From a virus (taxonomy: Duplodnaviria > Caudoviricetes), in the IMG/VR virus record IMGVR_UViG_3300033153_005042, positions 1-57,721 of that record: a stretch of DNA of 57,721 nucleotides; one strand, given 5' to 3'. The notes beneath the pieces are model-generated. The model ran no database searches. It worked only from the letters and a program-made list of their open reading frames with translations, and was not told the DNA's origin. This document shows, one piece after another, positions 1 to 9,056 of the stretch. Positions within the stretch are counted from its first letter, which is position 1, and the number at the start of each line of letters is the position of its first letter. A program made the translations under genes and the position numbers.

Positions 1-705
1 TTTTACTACTGATTCTGAAATTGTTTTTCTTTTTTGTATAAAATCGAAACAACCCGTGCTCAGACTTCCGTCAGTGTCCATTAGGCCTGCCAATAACTCA
101 AGTCTGTTTTTTCTAGAGTTTACTAAGTATTCTAACGGTACGTGTTTGTTTTTGTACACTCCACAAGCTTTTAGTAAAGTTACGAACGCTGCATTATTCC
201 CAGTTAATGCGTGTGACGGGCATTTATCTCCGCTTACTGCGGTGGTCAACGATACTCCTATTTTACTTCCGTATTCTCTAAGAGCCTCTATAATAGGGCT
301 GTCGGACATTTGAGTAAAAATTCTAGCAGAATTATAAGCTCCGTAACCCAGCCACACCCCCATGATATAAGGGTCTATTAGAAGTTCTTGTTCTTTAAAA
401 TCTACAGAAGCTCTTAACATAGTATTACCTACACCTCCAGTAGTATATTTTTTCAAATACTCTTCTACAGTGCATTCTTTTCTTACTGCGTGAGAGTTTT
501 CGTACACTAGTATATGCGCTCCGTTCACAAAGAATTCTTCACCCTTAACAGGTTTTATTTTGTACATAGTGTCAGTGCCGTTGAACAAATTTAAAACCTC
601 TCTAGGAGATGAGTCTGCTCCCATAAGACTGTCTCCAACTAGAACGTCTTCCACCTTAGTAAAAGTTCCGTCAAACTTCATTACTTTCTCACCTTTTCTG
701 TGACA
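1..705 (-). mobile_element. Intein with LAGLIDADG endonuclease domain, inserted in the helicase P-loop (partial)
   Basis: After GATG the frame reads CHRKGEKVMKFDGTFTKVEDVLVGDSLMG (block A), VNGAHIL (block B), DPYIMGVWLGYG (block C), LELLAGLMDTDG (block E). Confidence 0.9.
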
Positions 706-1962
706 GCCTGTGGCTCCGCACAATAAGGTAGTAGTTCCTACAGCAATTTTCATATTATCGTCAATGAGTTTGATACCAGTTTTTACTGTATTGTTTTCGA
801 AGTTGGTAGCAAAGTTGTCAAAACTGTTCTCAATGCCAGAAATAGTAGTGGTAGTATTTGGAGCAACTTTTCTGTGATGTAAGCTGCAAGGTACGTCAGT
901 TAAGTGGTCAACTGAATCGCAATATTTTTTAAAGATTTCATTATCAGCATTGATTCCAGTGGTTCCTGGTTTTGTTTTCCAAGTACTAAACTTTCCGTAA
1001 ACGCTTTGTATAACTGTGTTCCAAATTTCCTCAGGCTCAAACTGGTCGTGCTCTGGGTATAACCTAGAGTTGTCTCTAGCCACTCCTTTAAGTGCTCCGT
1101 ACGCAGCCTCTTTTGTCATGCCTTGATTCTTATAGTAGGCGGCCAAACGCAAAAATATTTGACTTCTCTCACCTACACCAGATTCCATAATTCCGTGTGT
1201 TAGGGCGTAGACGCATCTAGGCATAGCATTTGGACAGTCTTTGAACTTTATTTCTCCTAAACCTCTGACTCCTTCATCACCGTCAACTACGACTGATTTA
1301 GTTTGTTTCGGTTTTAGTGTCTCTTCATATTTAGCCATAAAATCTAGACTTGCCGCTGCTACGCTAGCTAGAGACAAGCTTCTTGGTTTTGTTGCTAGTT
1401 TTTTGATCTCTTCTACTGTTTTTTGTTGTATCTCAGCAGCTGTCAATTGAATTTTGAATAGTCCTGATTTGTTGTGTTTAGTATTAGGAACTCTAAATAA
1501 TCTAGTAGTGTTATAAACAACTGCATCAAAACTTGTCAAACCTTTGGCTAAGTTAGTGCAAATAGTTTTTATTTCGTCGTTAGTTAGACTTTTTCCTACT
1601 GAAACGTGGATGTGGAATCCTTTGCCTCCTGAGAAATAAATTCTAACGTTCTTATTAAGGTCTAAACCTTCTCTTCTGAGGAGTTTTAGGAGAGCTATTC
1701 CGTCAGCCCTAGCAGACTCTACGTTGTTTTTGCAATCTAGGTCGAACACTAGTTCGTCTAAGGTAGCTTTCCCAGAGAAGCCGTTGATGCTTTTATTAGT
1801 GTTGAAATAATCGTCTGCTTCTTTTTCGTAGTGGAACAGTGAAGTGTACCAATCAGAATTAGGAGCTACTTTCACTCTTTTTTCTATGTCAGAACTCGTA
1901 GTCCATGGAATAATTTCACCCTTGGTATTAGTTGTCTTGCATAGTCTAACATACTTAGTCAT
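1..1962 (-). CDS. Primase-helicase (AEP primase + DnaB/RecA-like helicase), intein-containing, 3' end outside window
   Basis: Manual translation from ATG at 1962 (MTKYVRLCK) is open to base 1; AEP motifs LVFDLD and YFSGGKGFHIH; helicase start KTGIKLIDD...TTTLLCGATG leading into Walker A. Absent from the ORF track because it is truncated. Confidence 0.88.
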   Translation of the reverse strand, partial: MTKYVRLCKTTNTKGEIIPWTTSSDIEKRVKVAPNSDWYTSLFHYEKEADDYFNTNKSINGFSGKATLDELVFDLDCKNNVESARADGIALLKLLRREGLDLNKNVRIYFSGGKGFHIHVSVGKSLTNDEIKTICTNLAKGLTSFDAVVYNTTRLFRVPNTKHNKSGLFKIQLTAAEIQQKTVEEIKKLATKPRSLSLASVAAASLDFMAKYEETLKPKQTKSVVVDGDEGVRGLGEIKFKDCPNAMPRCVYALTHGIMESGVGERSQIFLRLAAYYKNQGMTKEAAYGALKGVARDNSRLYPEHDQFEPEEIWNTVIQSVYGKFSTWKTKPGTTGINADNEIFKKYCDSVDHLTDVPCSLHHRKVAPNTTTTISGIENSFDNFATNFENNTVKTGIKLIDDNMKIAVGTTTLLCGATGCHRKGEKVMKFDGTFTKVEDVLVGDSLMGADSSPREVLNLFNGTDTMYKIKPVKGEEFFVNGAHILVYENSHAVRKECTVEEYLKKYTTGGVGNTMLRASVDFKEQELLIDPYIMGVWLGYGAYNSARIFTQMSDSPIIEALREYGSKIGVSLTTAVSGDKCPSHALTGNNAAFVTLLKACGVYKNKHVPLEYLVNSRKNRLELLAGLMDTDGSLSTGCFDFIQKRKTISESVVK

Positions 1963-1985
1963 CAACGGCCTCTTATTGTTTGGGA

Positions 1986-2219
1986 TTAGTCTTCGATTGA
2001 GAACACAAAACGGACGTCTGGTTGATTGTCCTTCTCTTTGTTGTTGTCAAAGACGACGAAACTTTCAATGTCTACTGTCTGTCCGTCTTGGTTAATGGCT
2101 TGGAGTCTTACGTTCCCCTTATCATTAGCCTCTGCATTAGCTTTGCAAGAGATGTACTCTTTACCGTCTCCTCCTGTTTTTTTCCAACCTACACCAAAAT
2201 TAAAATATTGTTTCGACAT
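1986..2219 (-). CDS. DUF736-like small protein, possible ssDNA-binding
   Basis: GVGWKKTGGDGKEYIS and NKEKDNQPD resemble DUF736; next to the primase-helicase. Confidence 0.55.
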   Translation of the reverse strand: MSKQYFNFGVGWKKTGGDGKEYISCKANAEANDKGNVRLQAINQDGQTVDIESFVVFDNNKEKDNQPDVRFVFSIED

Positions 2220-2254
2220 TTTTTTCTCCTGTCAAAAAAGGGTTAACTGCGTCT

Positions 2255-2283
2255 ATAATAACTCTTTTAGCTCTCGCTGTCAA
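2255..2283 (-). promoter_or_regulatory. sigma70-type promoter
   Basis: Minus strand TTGACA-17bp-TATTAT upstream of 2219. Confidence 0.65.
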
Positions 2284-2298
2284 GAGGTTTTTAGTATC

Positions 2299-2730
2299 TT
2301 ATTCTGTGGGTAATCCTTCCAACTCCTCTGAAGTAGTTTCAGAAACGTCTACACCTTTATCTTGCTCGTCTTTCTCTCTGGCTCGGCGTTTCTTAACTTC
2401 TTGTACAATATGGTGCTGAGTAATAATAAACCTATCAGCTATAACACGCTGACCTATAGCAAATGCGAGTTTTTCTGTGTCACTGTTAAGGTATACAGGC
2501 ACTCCATCAGCAGGTAAGTCCAAAACTGCGTTAACTACTCTAACTTTACCTCTCGCACTCAAATTAGCAAAATGGTTGCTAAACAGTTTTCTATTTTTAA
2601 TGAAAGACATGGACGCTCTTGCAGCTAAGTCAGTGTCTGATAGGTTTGTTATCTTTTTTCCAGTTCTAATCTCTTCGTCCGCTACTGTAACGACTTCCGT
2701 TTTTAAAGTTTCTTGTTCCTTAGTCATCAA
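2299..2730 (-). CDS. Hypothetical protein
   Basis: 143 aa ORF, overlapping the stop of the upstream gene. Confidence 0.7.
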   Translation of the reverse strand: MMTKEQETLKTEVVTVADEEIRTGKKITNLSDTDLAARASMSFIKNRKLFSNHFANLSARGKVRVVNAVLDLPADGVPVYLNSDTEKLAFAIGQRVIADRFIITQHHIVQEVKKRRAREKDEQDKGVDVSETTSEELEGLPTE

Positions 2731-3254
2731 TGCTCCTTTGCGTAAGTGTTCATCTCTGTTAAATAATGTATTCTATTAGGGGAGTAGTAATAATGCTCTC
2801 CAACATTAAACGGATGCATAAGACTTTTTGGTACGGTTATCTCTCCATAGACCATCAGCTCTTTTGTGTGAGGTCTAGCCAAACTGCAGTGGCCTAGCTC
2901 GTGTAGAATCAAAGTCTCCCTGCTGTTATTTGAAGCCTTAATCCAATAAGACTCTTTTACTATTACTTCTGCATAAAGTATTACTCCTGCTGCTGTCCAT
3001 GCTCTACACTGCGCCACTGTGTTCACGTTAGATCCTTTTTCCATACTACCGAAATTTATAGGGATGTCTTCTACATCCTCTCCAGTAATATTTTCAAACA
3101 AGGTTACGTAGTCTGCAAACTCTTTGTTTGTATTCATATTAGTTCTAGGGTCTTTTCCAGTCGCTTTCATGTACGGAGTCACAAAATCATCTGCCTTGAC
3201 TTCTCCGCAACACACATTAGAAATAAGCAAAACGCTCAATAATAATAATTTCAT
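2727..3254 (-). CDS. Secreted zinc metalloprotease (metzincin-like)
   Basis: Signal peptide MKLLLLSVLLIS; HELGHCSLARPH (HExxHxxxxxxH); Met-turn-like SLMHP. Confidence 0.75.
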   Translation of the reverse strand: MKLLLLSVLLISNVCCGEVKADDFVTPYMKATGKDPRTNMNTNKEFADYVTLFENITGEDVEDIPINFGSMEKGSNVNTVAQCRAWTAAGVILYAEVIVKESYWIKASNNSRETLILHELGHCSLARPHTKELMVYGEITVPKSLMHPFNVGEHYYYSPNRIHYLTEMNTYAKEH

Positions 3255-3264
3255 ACTCTACTCC

Positions 3265-3819
3265 TTAAAATGGTATATCGTCCAAATCAATTTCTTTTTT
3301 CGTCGTTTTCGTTACGGATGCTCCAAACCCTTTTGGAGAGTTTGTTGTTTTTTCCTTAGTTGTCGGAGCACTTTTTGGGACGCTTTTTGGGACGCTTTTT
3401 GGAGCTGGTTTTGGTCTAGTGATTTGTTTTGGCTTTGAGTCTTTTTCTGGATCTTCGTCGCCAGCTATCATGAAAGATTTTAGTAGGAAATATTTGCTAG
3501 CTCCTGTAATAGCTTTGTATACTCCTTTGTCTTGGCCGTCCTTACCTTGACCAGCACTGAACACCTCATGAGTCTCTCCGCTATCAGAGTCAACGAACGT
3601 GTGTTTAGTTCTTACAGTTGTCATCTGACCTTCTAACGACACCTCTTCTACTGAAGAGAAAACAAAAACTTTGTTTTCTATTAAAGCGTCTCTAACTGCG
3701 TCTAGTAGGTCAGCTTCCATAACATAGGAATACTTGTTGTGGGAGTTATAGCCAGTTTTGCTCACTTTTCCAGACACCGACTTTAAAATATTAATCATTT
3801 TGGTAGCTAAATGTTTCAT
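3265..3819 (-). CDS. erf: ERF-family single-strand annealing protein
   Basis: KTGYNSHNKYSY...GQGKDGQDKGVYKAITGASKYFL; Pro/Lys linker; acidic C-terminus DLDDIPF. Confidence 0.82.
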   Translation of the reverse strand: MKHLATKMINILKSVSGKVSKTGYNSHNKYSYVMEADLLDAVRDALIENKVFVFSSVEEVSLEGQMTTVRTKHTFVDSDSGETHEVFSAGQGKDGQDKGVYKAITGASKYFLLKSFMIAGDEDPEKDSKPKQITRPKPAPKSVPKSVPKSAPTTKEKTTNSPKGFGASVTKTTKKEIDLDDIPF

Positions 3820-4052
3820 TTTTCCTCGCCTTTTTTTCGCTCTTTGTCAAATACTTTTACGGTGTTTTCTCTGTCGTAGATCAAACCGTGAATTAAGCTT
3901 AAGTGGTCGTTTGTTATCAGGGCGTACTTAGTTAGTAAGTACCCAGCTGCAAATGGTATTGATGCTGGAGGGTAAATCGCTTCAAACACTAAGTACCCTA
4001 CCATAGCTACTGCATAATGTAGTAGCATTATAAATACAGTTAATGCAATCAT
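3816..4052 (-). CDS. Small membrane protein
   Basis: Start refined to MIALTVF after GGAG; two hydrophobic segments. Confidence 0.55.
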   Translation of the reverse strand: MIALTVFIMLLHYAVAMVGYLVFEAIYPPASIPFAAGYLLTKYALITNDHLSLIHGLIYDRENTVKVFDKERKKGEEK

Positions 4053-4060
4053 TTTATCTC

Positions 4061-5158
4061 CTATTTTTTTATTAGGCCAGTTTTGTCGTTGTTGTGACAC
4101 GCTCCGTAAAAAGGGCATTGGCCTCCGTACCAGTTATTACATTTGTCTTGATTCTTATAAACTATTCCAGTAGACATAGCCTTCATTATACAACTAGCGT
4201 CTTTCAAAACTGCCTCTTTTTGTTCTGGAGTTTTCTGTTGAATTAGTACTTGCACTTGTGGGTCTAACTCTATATTAACGTCCCACTCACCCTTACACCT
4301 GTTACCTTCTGAATTATTGGCGAAACAGGTTCTGTGTTGGGTTGTTTTTAAGGTTCCGCAAGTCTTACATGTAGTAGTCTCTTTTTTATTTATGTTTTTA
4401 GATAACACTACATAACCTACCAAATCGGTTTTGTACTCTTCTCCTGCCATAGCGTAGTATAAGGTTAACTGGTCAGTAAGGTCGATCTTAGATTGGGCGT
4501 ACGGCCTAGCAGCAGTCTTCAAGTCGATGATTACTGGTTTGTCATACCCTTCTATTTCTGCTACAAAGTCCAAATAACCGAACATCATATCACCTTCTGG
4601 GGTAGTCACTTTACCAGATCTTTGAGTCTTTAGTACCTTTTTGATTTTAGGTTTAAACTGCGTAATAAAGGAGTCAATAAGTATCTCCCCTTTACGTTTC
4701 ATAGATAGCCAGCAACACCTACCAAAATATCTTTTTTGGTTGTCGGAGACTTTAACATACGGACTCTTAAGATTCTTTTTGATTAACTTAAATAGTTCTA
4801 TTGGGTCTGAGTGGAGTTTGGTTATTCTTAAACTCCTAGCCCACGCTTCCATATCTGCAAGATCCCCAGAAACTAACACGTCTTGATCAAAATCTGCCGC
4901 TGAGTAATTTACTGATAAGTTATCAAATAGTGTTATGTCTGGATTATTGCCGTAACCTCTAGCAGTAGTCCACCTACTATAAAACACTTCCATGTAATTG
5001 TCTTTGCCGTCAAGATTAGCCATCACTGCGTCGTCTACGGCTGAACCAAAATATAACGCTGCTGATTGTTTAGGTGATTTTAACTTCTCTACATACCCCC
5101 AATACCAGTGCTTTGGGCAAGTTATGTAAGTATTGTTTTGACTGTAACTACTTCTCAT
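4061..5158 (-). CDS. PD-(D/E)XK exonuclease (Cas4/AddB-like, probable Fe-S)
   Basis: N-terminal SYSQ...CPK, GYLDFV, IIDLKT, QLTLY, C-terminal C-x7-C-x5-C. Confidence 0.85.
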   Translation of the reverse strand: MRSSYSQNNTYITCPKHWYWGYVEKLKSPKQSAALYFGSAVDDAVMANLDGKDNYMEVFYSRWTTARGYGNNPDITLFDNLSVNYSAADFDQDVLVSGDLADMEAWARSLRITKLHSDPIELFKLIKKNLKSPYVKVSDNQKRYFGRCCWLSMKRKGEILIDSFITQFKPKIKKVLKTQRSGKVTTPEGDMMFGYLDFVAEIEGYDKPVIIDLKTAARPYAQSKIDLTDQLTLYYAMAGEEYKTDLVGYVVLSKNINKKETTTCKTCGTLKTTQHRTCFANNSEGNRCKGEWDVNIELDPQVQVLIQQKTPEQKEAVLKDASCIMKAMSTGIVYKNQDKCNNWYGGQCPFYGACHNNDKTGLIKK

Positions 5159-5372
5159 TTTTTTTCCTTTCGTCTAGTACGTCTTGTAGTACCATTGAAC
5201 ACGCTTTGTGAAACATAAGCTTATCCTTTAATACCATGATACGTCTAGCTAAGTCAATATCTTTTTTGTTTTTCTTAGTATTATTAAGTACTTCCAATTC
5301 TGTCGTTGTGGCTAAAGACTCAGCCTTATGGTCTGTCATCTTATTTATTATTATTTGTATTAACGTTTTCAT
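5148..5372 (-). CDS. Hypothetical protein
   Basis: Helical 74 aa ORF in the operon. Confidence 0.55.
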   Translation of the reverse strand: MKTLIQIIINKMTDHKAESLATTTELEVLNNTKKNKKDIDLARRIMVLKDKLMFHKACSMVLQDVLDERKKNEK

Positions 5373-5601
5373 AAATAGCCTTTGCTAGCTGGGTGTTAAG
5401 AGGTAGTAACTGACTTGTTCTGTAAAGTACTTTGTCCTCTACTAACGTAAATGAAACTTCTACACAATAAGGCTCAATGTCATTGGCAAATCTTACTATC
5501 TCTCCAACCATCCCTAAGAACTTCTGAAAATGTAAGGAAGATTCGTTAATTACTACTACTCTACTGCCTATCTTAAGTTCGTTGTCCATTAATCCCACCA
5601 T
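5341..5601 (-). CDS. KOW/SH3-like mini-protein with C-terminal tag
   Basis: LKIGSRVVV...TQLAKAIYE followed by a short extension. Confidence 0.7.
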   Translation of the reverse strand: MVGLMDNELKIGSRVVVINESSLHFQKFLGMVGEIVRFANDIEPYCVEVSFTLVEDKVLYRTSQLLPLNTQLAKAIYENVNTNNNK

Positions 5602-6164
5602 TTAGTGTGATGCTTTTTAATATGGTTGAACAAATACTCAGCGTCTTGCTTTTCCATATAATCAGAGTGAAGATACGCTTTCGTGCAAGCCTTTTCAAAT
5701 TGCTTTTTTTGCTGTTTCGTTAAATCTCTTTCAAATTTTTTGGTCATGCCTCTTTCATTGAACTCAAATTCCCAACTTCCATACTTCTTGTCTACGAGTT
5801 TCAAGGAGTTCTCTAAATGTTCGCTGTTGTTAAGCCTTTTTAGTAATACTCTAGCTATTTTTATACTGTGTGCAGTTTTGTCAGAATCTACGTGATGTCC
5901 TCTGACTGCCATGTAATTTTCCATACCTTGGAGTTGGAATTCCATCAACCTAAACAAGTAGCCTTGGTCAAATTCCCTAGTTCCCCAAATTACAGGCAGC
6001 CACCTAAACAATCTCCTAACGTTCTCAAAAAAACCTAAAGGTTTGACTATAATTATGTCTGACACTGAAAACCATAGATCCTCTAAGTGCATTTTCCATG
6101 CAGGGATTGGAGTTCCTGTAGCACTCAGCATAGATCTTTTTATTTTTCTAAAGGTTCTGCTCAT
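5589..6164 (-). CDS. Phage hypothetical protein
   Basis: 191 aa; RWLPVIWGTREFD...HTKWWD pattern I recall from other phage proteins of unknown function. Confidence 0.65.
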   Translation of the reverse strand: MSRTFRKIKRSMLSATGTPIPAWKMHLEDLWFSVSDIIIVKPLGFFENVRRLFRWLPVIWGTREFDQGYLFRLMEFQLQGMENYMAVRGHHVDSDKTAHSIKIARVLLKRLNNSEHLENSLKLVDKKYGSWEFEFNERGMTKKFERDLTKQQKKQFEKACTKAYLHSDYMEKQDAEYLFNHIKKHHTKWWD

Positions 6165-6421
6165 GAGTAGATACTTTCTGCTAATTGTGTGTAGATAATT
6201 AACTCGTCCTCAAACCAATTGGACTCCCAATCGCCTTCAGCTGTACTACTGAACGCAACTGTATAACCTTTTCTTCTGTGAAGGTTGTGAACAGGAGATC
6301 CCCAAAGTTCTGCTATGATCCCCTTTTTACCCACTGTTGCAACAAGATCTACAGCCTCGTATTCTGACTCGATCACTAACACTTCGTCACCTATCGCATA
6401 TTTGTGTTTATTACTATCCAT
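6161..6421 (-). CDS. KOW/SH3-like mini-protein with tag
   Basis: KYAIGDEVLV...TQLAESIYS; start refined to the coupled ATG. Confidence 0.7.
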   Translation of the reverse strand: MDSNKHKYAIGDEVLVIESEYEAVDLVATVGKKGIIAELWGSPVHNLHRRKGYTVAFSSTAEGDWESNWFEDELIIYTQLAESIYS

Positions 6422-6629
6422 AAAGCGACTCCGATAGGTTTCCTGTTGGTAGTAGTTCTTCAAACCAAAAATAACGGGCTTTTAGATCGCAGTTTTCTAC
6501 AAATATAACCTTAGCGTAATCCTCGTATACTTCATCAATACCAACAACTCCTTCATACTTATTGAGTCCATCGTTCCTTGGAAACTTTGAGGTGACGAGT
6601 ACTCTCTGTCCCACCTTAAACTTACTCAT
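6414..6629 (-). CDS. KOW/SH3-like mini-protein with tag
   Basis: MSKFKVGQRVLV...GNLSESLYG. Confidence 0.75.
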   Translation of the reverse strand: MSKFKVGQRVLVTSKFPRNDGLNKYEGVVGIDEVYEDYAKVIFVENCDLKARYFWFEELLPTGNLSESLYG

Positions 6630-7101
6630 AAATAGCTCCCATCAGATTACCTTCTGGCCAAGCTGCGCTGCTTAATACCATTAAAAATTTACTCGTATTA
6701 GCGTCTTTATGATAGATTTCTATGCGGCGGACGCACTCACTTAGGTCGGAGCTATTATCACTTGCCGCTCCTGCCAACATTCTGAAAAACAAACCGTCTA
6801 TCGTTTCGCCAGTTTTTACATAATCGTATTTTATGATTTGTAGCTCGGCTACGCTGTAGCCGTTAGAAAATACCTTTTCTAATTTTTTCTCAAACTGCTT
6901 AAGTTTTATTTTATGCGCTCTTAATGGAGTGCTCTTAATTAGTTCTAAGAGTCCGTGGCATATTGTGACCTTGTCACAGAGAGCGAATAATATATCACAA
7001 CACTTCAGACTGTTTCCTTTTTGAAACGCTACTAAAAACTGACTCCTGATCACTTCAGTACCTTCGGTACGTTGTATATTATTTTTGTTCCTTTTTTCCA
7101 T
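6622..7101 (-). CDS. Helical hypothetical protein with tag
   Basis: Not SH3-like; ends EGNLMGAIYE. Confidence 0.6.
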   Translation of the reverse strand: MEKRNKNNIQRTEGTEVIRSQFLVAFQKGNSLKCCDILFALCDKVTICHGLLELIKSTPLRAHKIKLKQFEKKLEKVFSNGYSVAELQIIKYDYVKTGETIDGLFFRMLAGAASDNSSDLSECVRRIEIYHKDANTSKFLMVLSSAAWPEGNLMGAIYE

Positions 7102-7913
7102 ACAAACTTAGTCCATTTTATATTATGTTTTGTTACTACTCTAGTAACCATCTGTTGAATAGCTTGCTTGCTTACTCCCGACTCTTTAGCCACGTCCACC
7201 AAAGTCACATTATCGTAATACACACGTTTCATAATAACTTGTTGTTTCTCTGTCAGCTTTGACAAACTCTTCGATAAGAATTCCCTAACTATAGCATATT
7301 CAGACACTGTTGTCAAGGCTGCATAATACTCGTACTTAGCTCTTGACTGATTGTTAATATCCAATTCCTTAGCTATATACTTAAAGTCTCTCCTATCATA
7401 CAGATGCAATTTAATTACAGCCCTTCGCCTATCTGATAATGCGTCCCAAGGTATGTTAGCGGTAAATGTGGTAGTATTTCCGTTATCTGTTATTGTGTAT
7501 ACACTGTCAAAAGGTTCGTTTGCCGAAGTTTTTATAGCTACGTTACGATCTCTATTAAGGTAGTCAGTCACTTGATTGCAAGGTTTTTTGCAGCTATCGA
7601 AAATTTTGCAGTTAGCGCAGTCAGTCTCAATAAATAGTAAATCATTTTCGATTTTGTTCGTTTTCGTCAGCACTTCCAAGTAAGGAAAAGCTGACTTTGA
7701 CTTCCATGGAAGCTCTCTCCCTAAACATTTCTTAGAAAAACATACCTTCCTTTTACTACATTCTCCTAATACGTCGTAGCCATACTCAGCTATTGATTCT
7801 TGCTTGATAGCTTCTAGAATAGCTTGTGAGCAGTCTTTAGGTATTAGGTGTTCTATTGGGTTAGATACGCATACAGCCGTTCTGTGAGACTGTTTGAAGC
7901 TTTCATCACTCAT
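7050..7913 (-). CDS. Cys-rich protein with two sigma70-region-4-like HTH repeats
   Basis: LSDRRRAVIKLHLYDRRDFKYIAKELDI and LTEKQQVIMKRVYYDNVTLVDVAKESGVSKQAIQQ; N-terminal Cys clusters. Confidence 0.65.
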   Translation of the reverse strand: MSDESFKQSHRTAVCVSNPIEHLIPKDCSQAILEAIKQESIAEYGYDVLGECSKRKVCFSKKCLGRELPWKSKSAFPYLEVLTKTNKIENDLLFIETDCANCKIFDSCKKPCNQVTDYLNRDRNVAIKTSANEPFDSVYTITDNGNTTTFTANIPWDALSDRRRAVIKLHLYDRRDFKYIAKELDINNQSRAKYEYYAALTTVSEYAIVREFLSKSLSKLTEKQQVIMKRVYYDNVTLVDVAKESGVSKQAIQQMVTRVVTKHNIKWTKFVWKKGTKIIYNVPKVLK

Positions 7914-8146
7914 AAATAAATAGCCTTTCCTAGCTCCGTAGAAAATGTTAACCAGCTCTCACAAAAATACCATTCTGCTCCCTCTAAGAGGTATATAACA
8001 TCCTCTTGACCTAGTACGCATTCCCGTATTTTTTGTACGGTTCCGTCAAACGAGTTCATTTCTCCAGTCCACGTAGGATGTGTCCTAACGTTTTTAGGTT
8101 TTTTTACTATTATTTGTTGTCCTTCTTTGTATTTATGTTTACTCAC
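7910..8146 (-). CDS. SH3-like mini-protein with tag (KPK..W..M subfamily)
   Basis: Ends STELGKAIYL. Confidence 0.75.
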   Translation of the reverse strand: MSKHKYKEGQQIIVKKPKNVRTHPTWTGEMNSFDGTVQKIRECVLGQEDVIYLLEGAEWYFCESWLTFSTELGKAIYL

Positions 8147-8363
8147 CGTAAATAGCCTCCGTTAATTCTCCTACAGGATATAACCAATCACAACTAAAAG
8201 CATAAGGTACTCCCTTAAGAAGGTAACTTAGACCTTCTCGTTGGCTTTGGTTAACTTCTTGTACGGTTTTGTCATATTTATCCATATTACTTATCCACGA
8301 CGGGTAAGCGTCGGTATTTTTTGGTCGTATGACTAGTACTGACTCTCCCACTTCAAACTTCAT
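8139..8363 (-). CDS. SH3-like mini-protein with tag (KPK..W..M subfamily)
   Basis: Ends PVGELTEAIYGE. Confidence 0.75.
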   Translation of the reverse strand: MKFEVGESVLVIRPKNTDAYPSWISNMDKYDKTVQEVNQSQREGLSYLLKGVPYAFSCDWLYPVGELTEAIYGE

Positions 8364-8373
8364 AGCAAACCTC

Positions 8374-8601
8374 TTAAGTATAAATAGCTGACGCCAACTC
8401 AGTACAGTGTTTCATCCGTGAAGGGATATACCTAAGAACTTCTATACTAGTTCCAGTACTCACTGTCATTGCGTGACCGTTCGATTTTAGTATTTTGCAA
8501 GGGTGGCCAGCGTGTATCAACATTACGTGATCTCTCTCGTACCCAGCTTTTATATCTTTTAAAAACATTACGATATCGCCCTGCTTAAACTCAGTCCTCA
8601 T
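8374..8601 (-). CDS. SH3-like mini-protein with tag
   Basis: FKQGDIV...TELASAIYT. Confidence 0.7.
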   Translation of the reverse strand: MRTEFKQGDIVMFLKDIKAGYERDHVMLIHAGHPCKILKSNGHAMTVSTGTSIEVLRYIPSRMKHCTELASAIYT

Positions 8602-8824
8602 AAATAGCCTCTCCTAGTTCTCCTATAGGCATTAACCAGTCAGGGTGGTAGTAATACTCATCCCCTTGTAACTTGTAGTATAGTCCGTCCTTTGAGTAGA
8701 TACTCTGAATAGTTTTGTGTTTAACGTCCATAGCATTACACCACGGTAATTGATCATACTCAAGGTGCTTATTTTTCTCAGGTTTTGTCACCAATACTTT
8801 ATCACCTACTTTAAACTTACTCAT
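8591..8824 (-). CDS. SH3-like mini-protein with tag (KPK..W..M subfamily)
   Basis: MSKFKVGDKVLV...PIGELGEAIYED. Confidence 0.75.
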   Translation of the reverse strand: MSKFKVGDKVLVTKPEKNKHLEYDQLPWCNAMDVKHKTIQSIYSKDGLYYKLQGDEYYYHPDWLMPIGELGEAIYED

Positions 8825-9056
8825 AGATAGCATTTCCTAAGTCAGTAAGAGGTGTATAGTCGCTCTCGAAATCTGTAACGAAAATAGTTACAATATCTCC
8901 GCAAGATCTGTCAATAAAAAGATCATAGTCATCAGACCAAACACGTAAAGGATCTCTAAGCAGCTCTGCTGCTACCTCCTCTTTATCTATTCTGATAACC
9001 TTAACGACGTCTTTATACTTAACGTCAATATAACTGTCACCTATCCTAATCTCCAT
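8817..9056 (-). CDS. SH3-like mini-protein with tag (KD.VKV..DP..W subfamily)
   Basis: Ends PLTDLGNAIYE. Confidence 0.7.
   Translation of the reverse strand: MEIRIGDSYIDVKYKDVVKVIRIDKEEVAAELLRDPLRVWSDDYDLFIDRSCGDIVTIFVTDFESDYTPLTDLGNAIYE

Noticed and set aside
56-2313. Plus-strand ORFs at 56, 1241, 1844, 2022 and 2026
   Set aside because: Antisense shadows of the minus-strand primase-helicase and DUF736-like genes.
4061-5158. Cas4 as evidence of a CRISPR-Cas locus
   Set aside because: Stand-alone nuclease beside ERF, a typical phage recombination pair.
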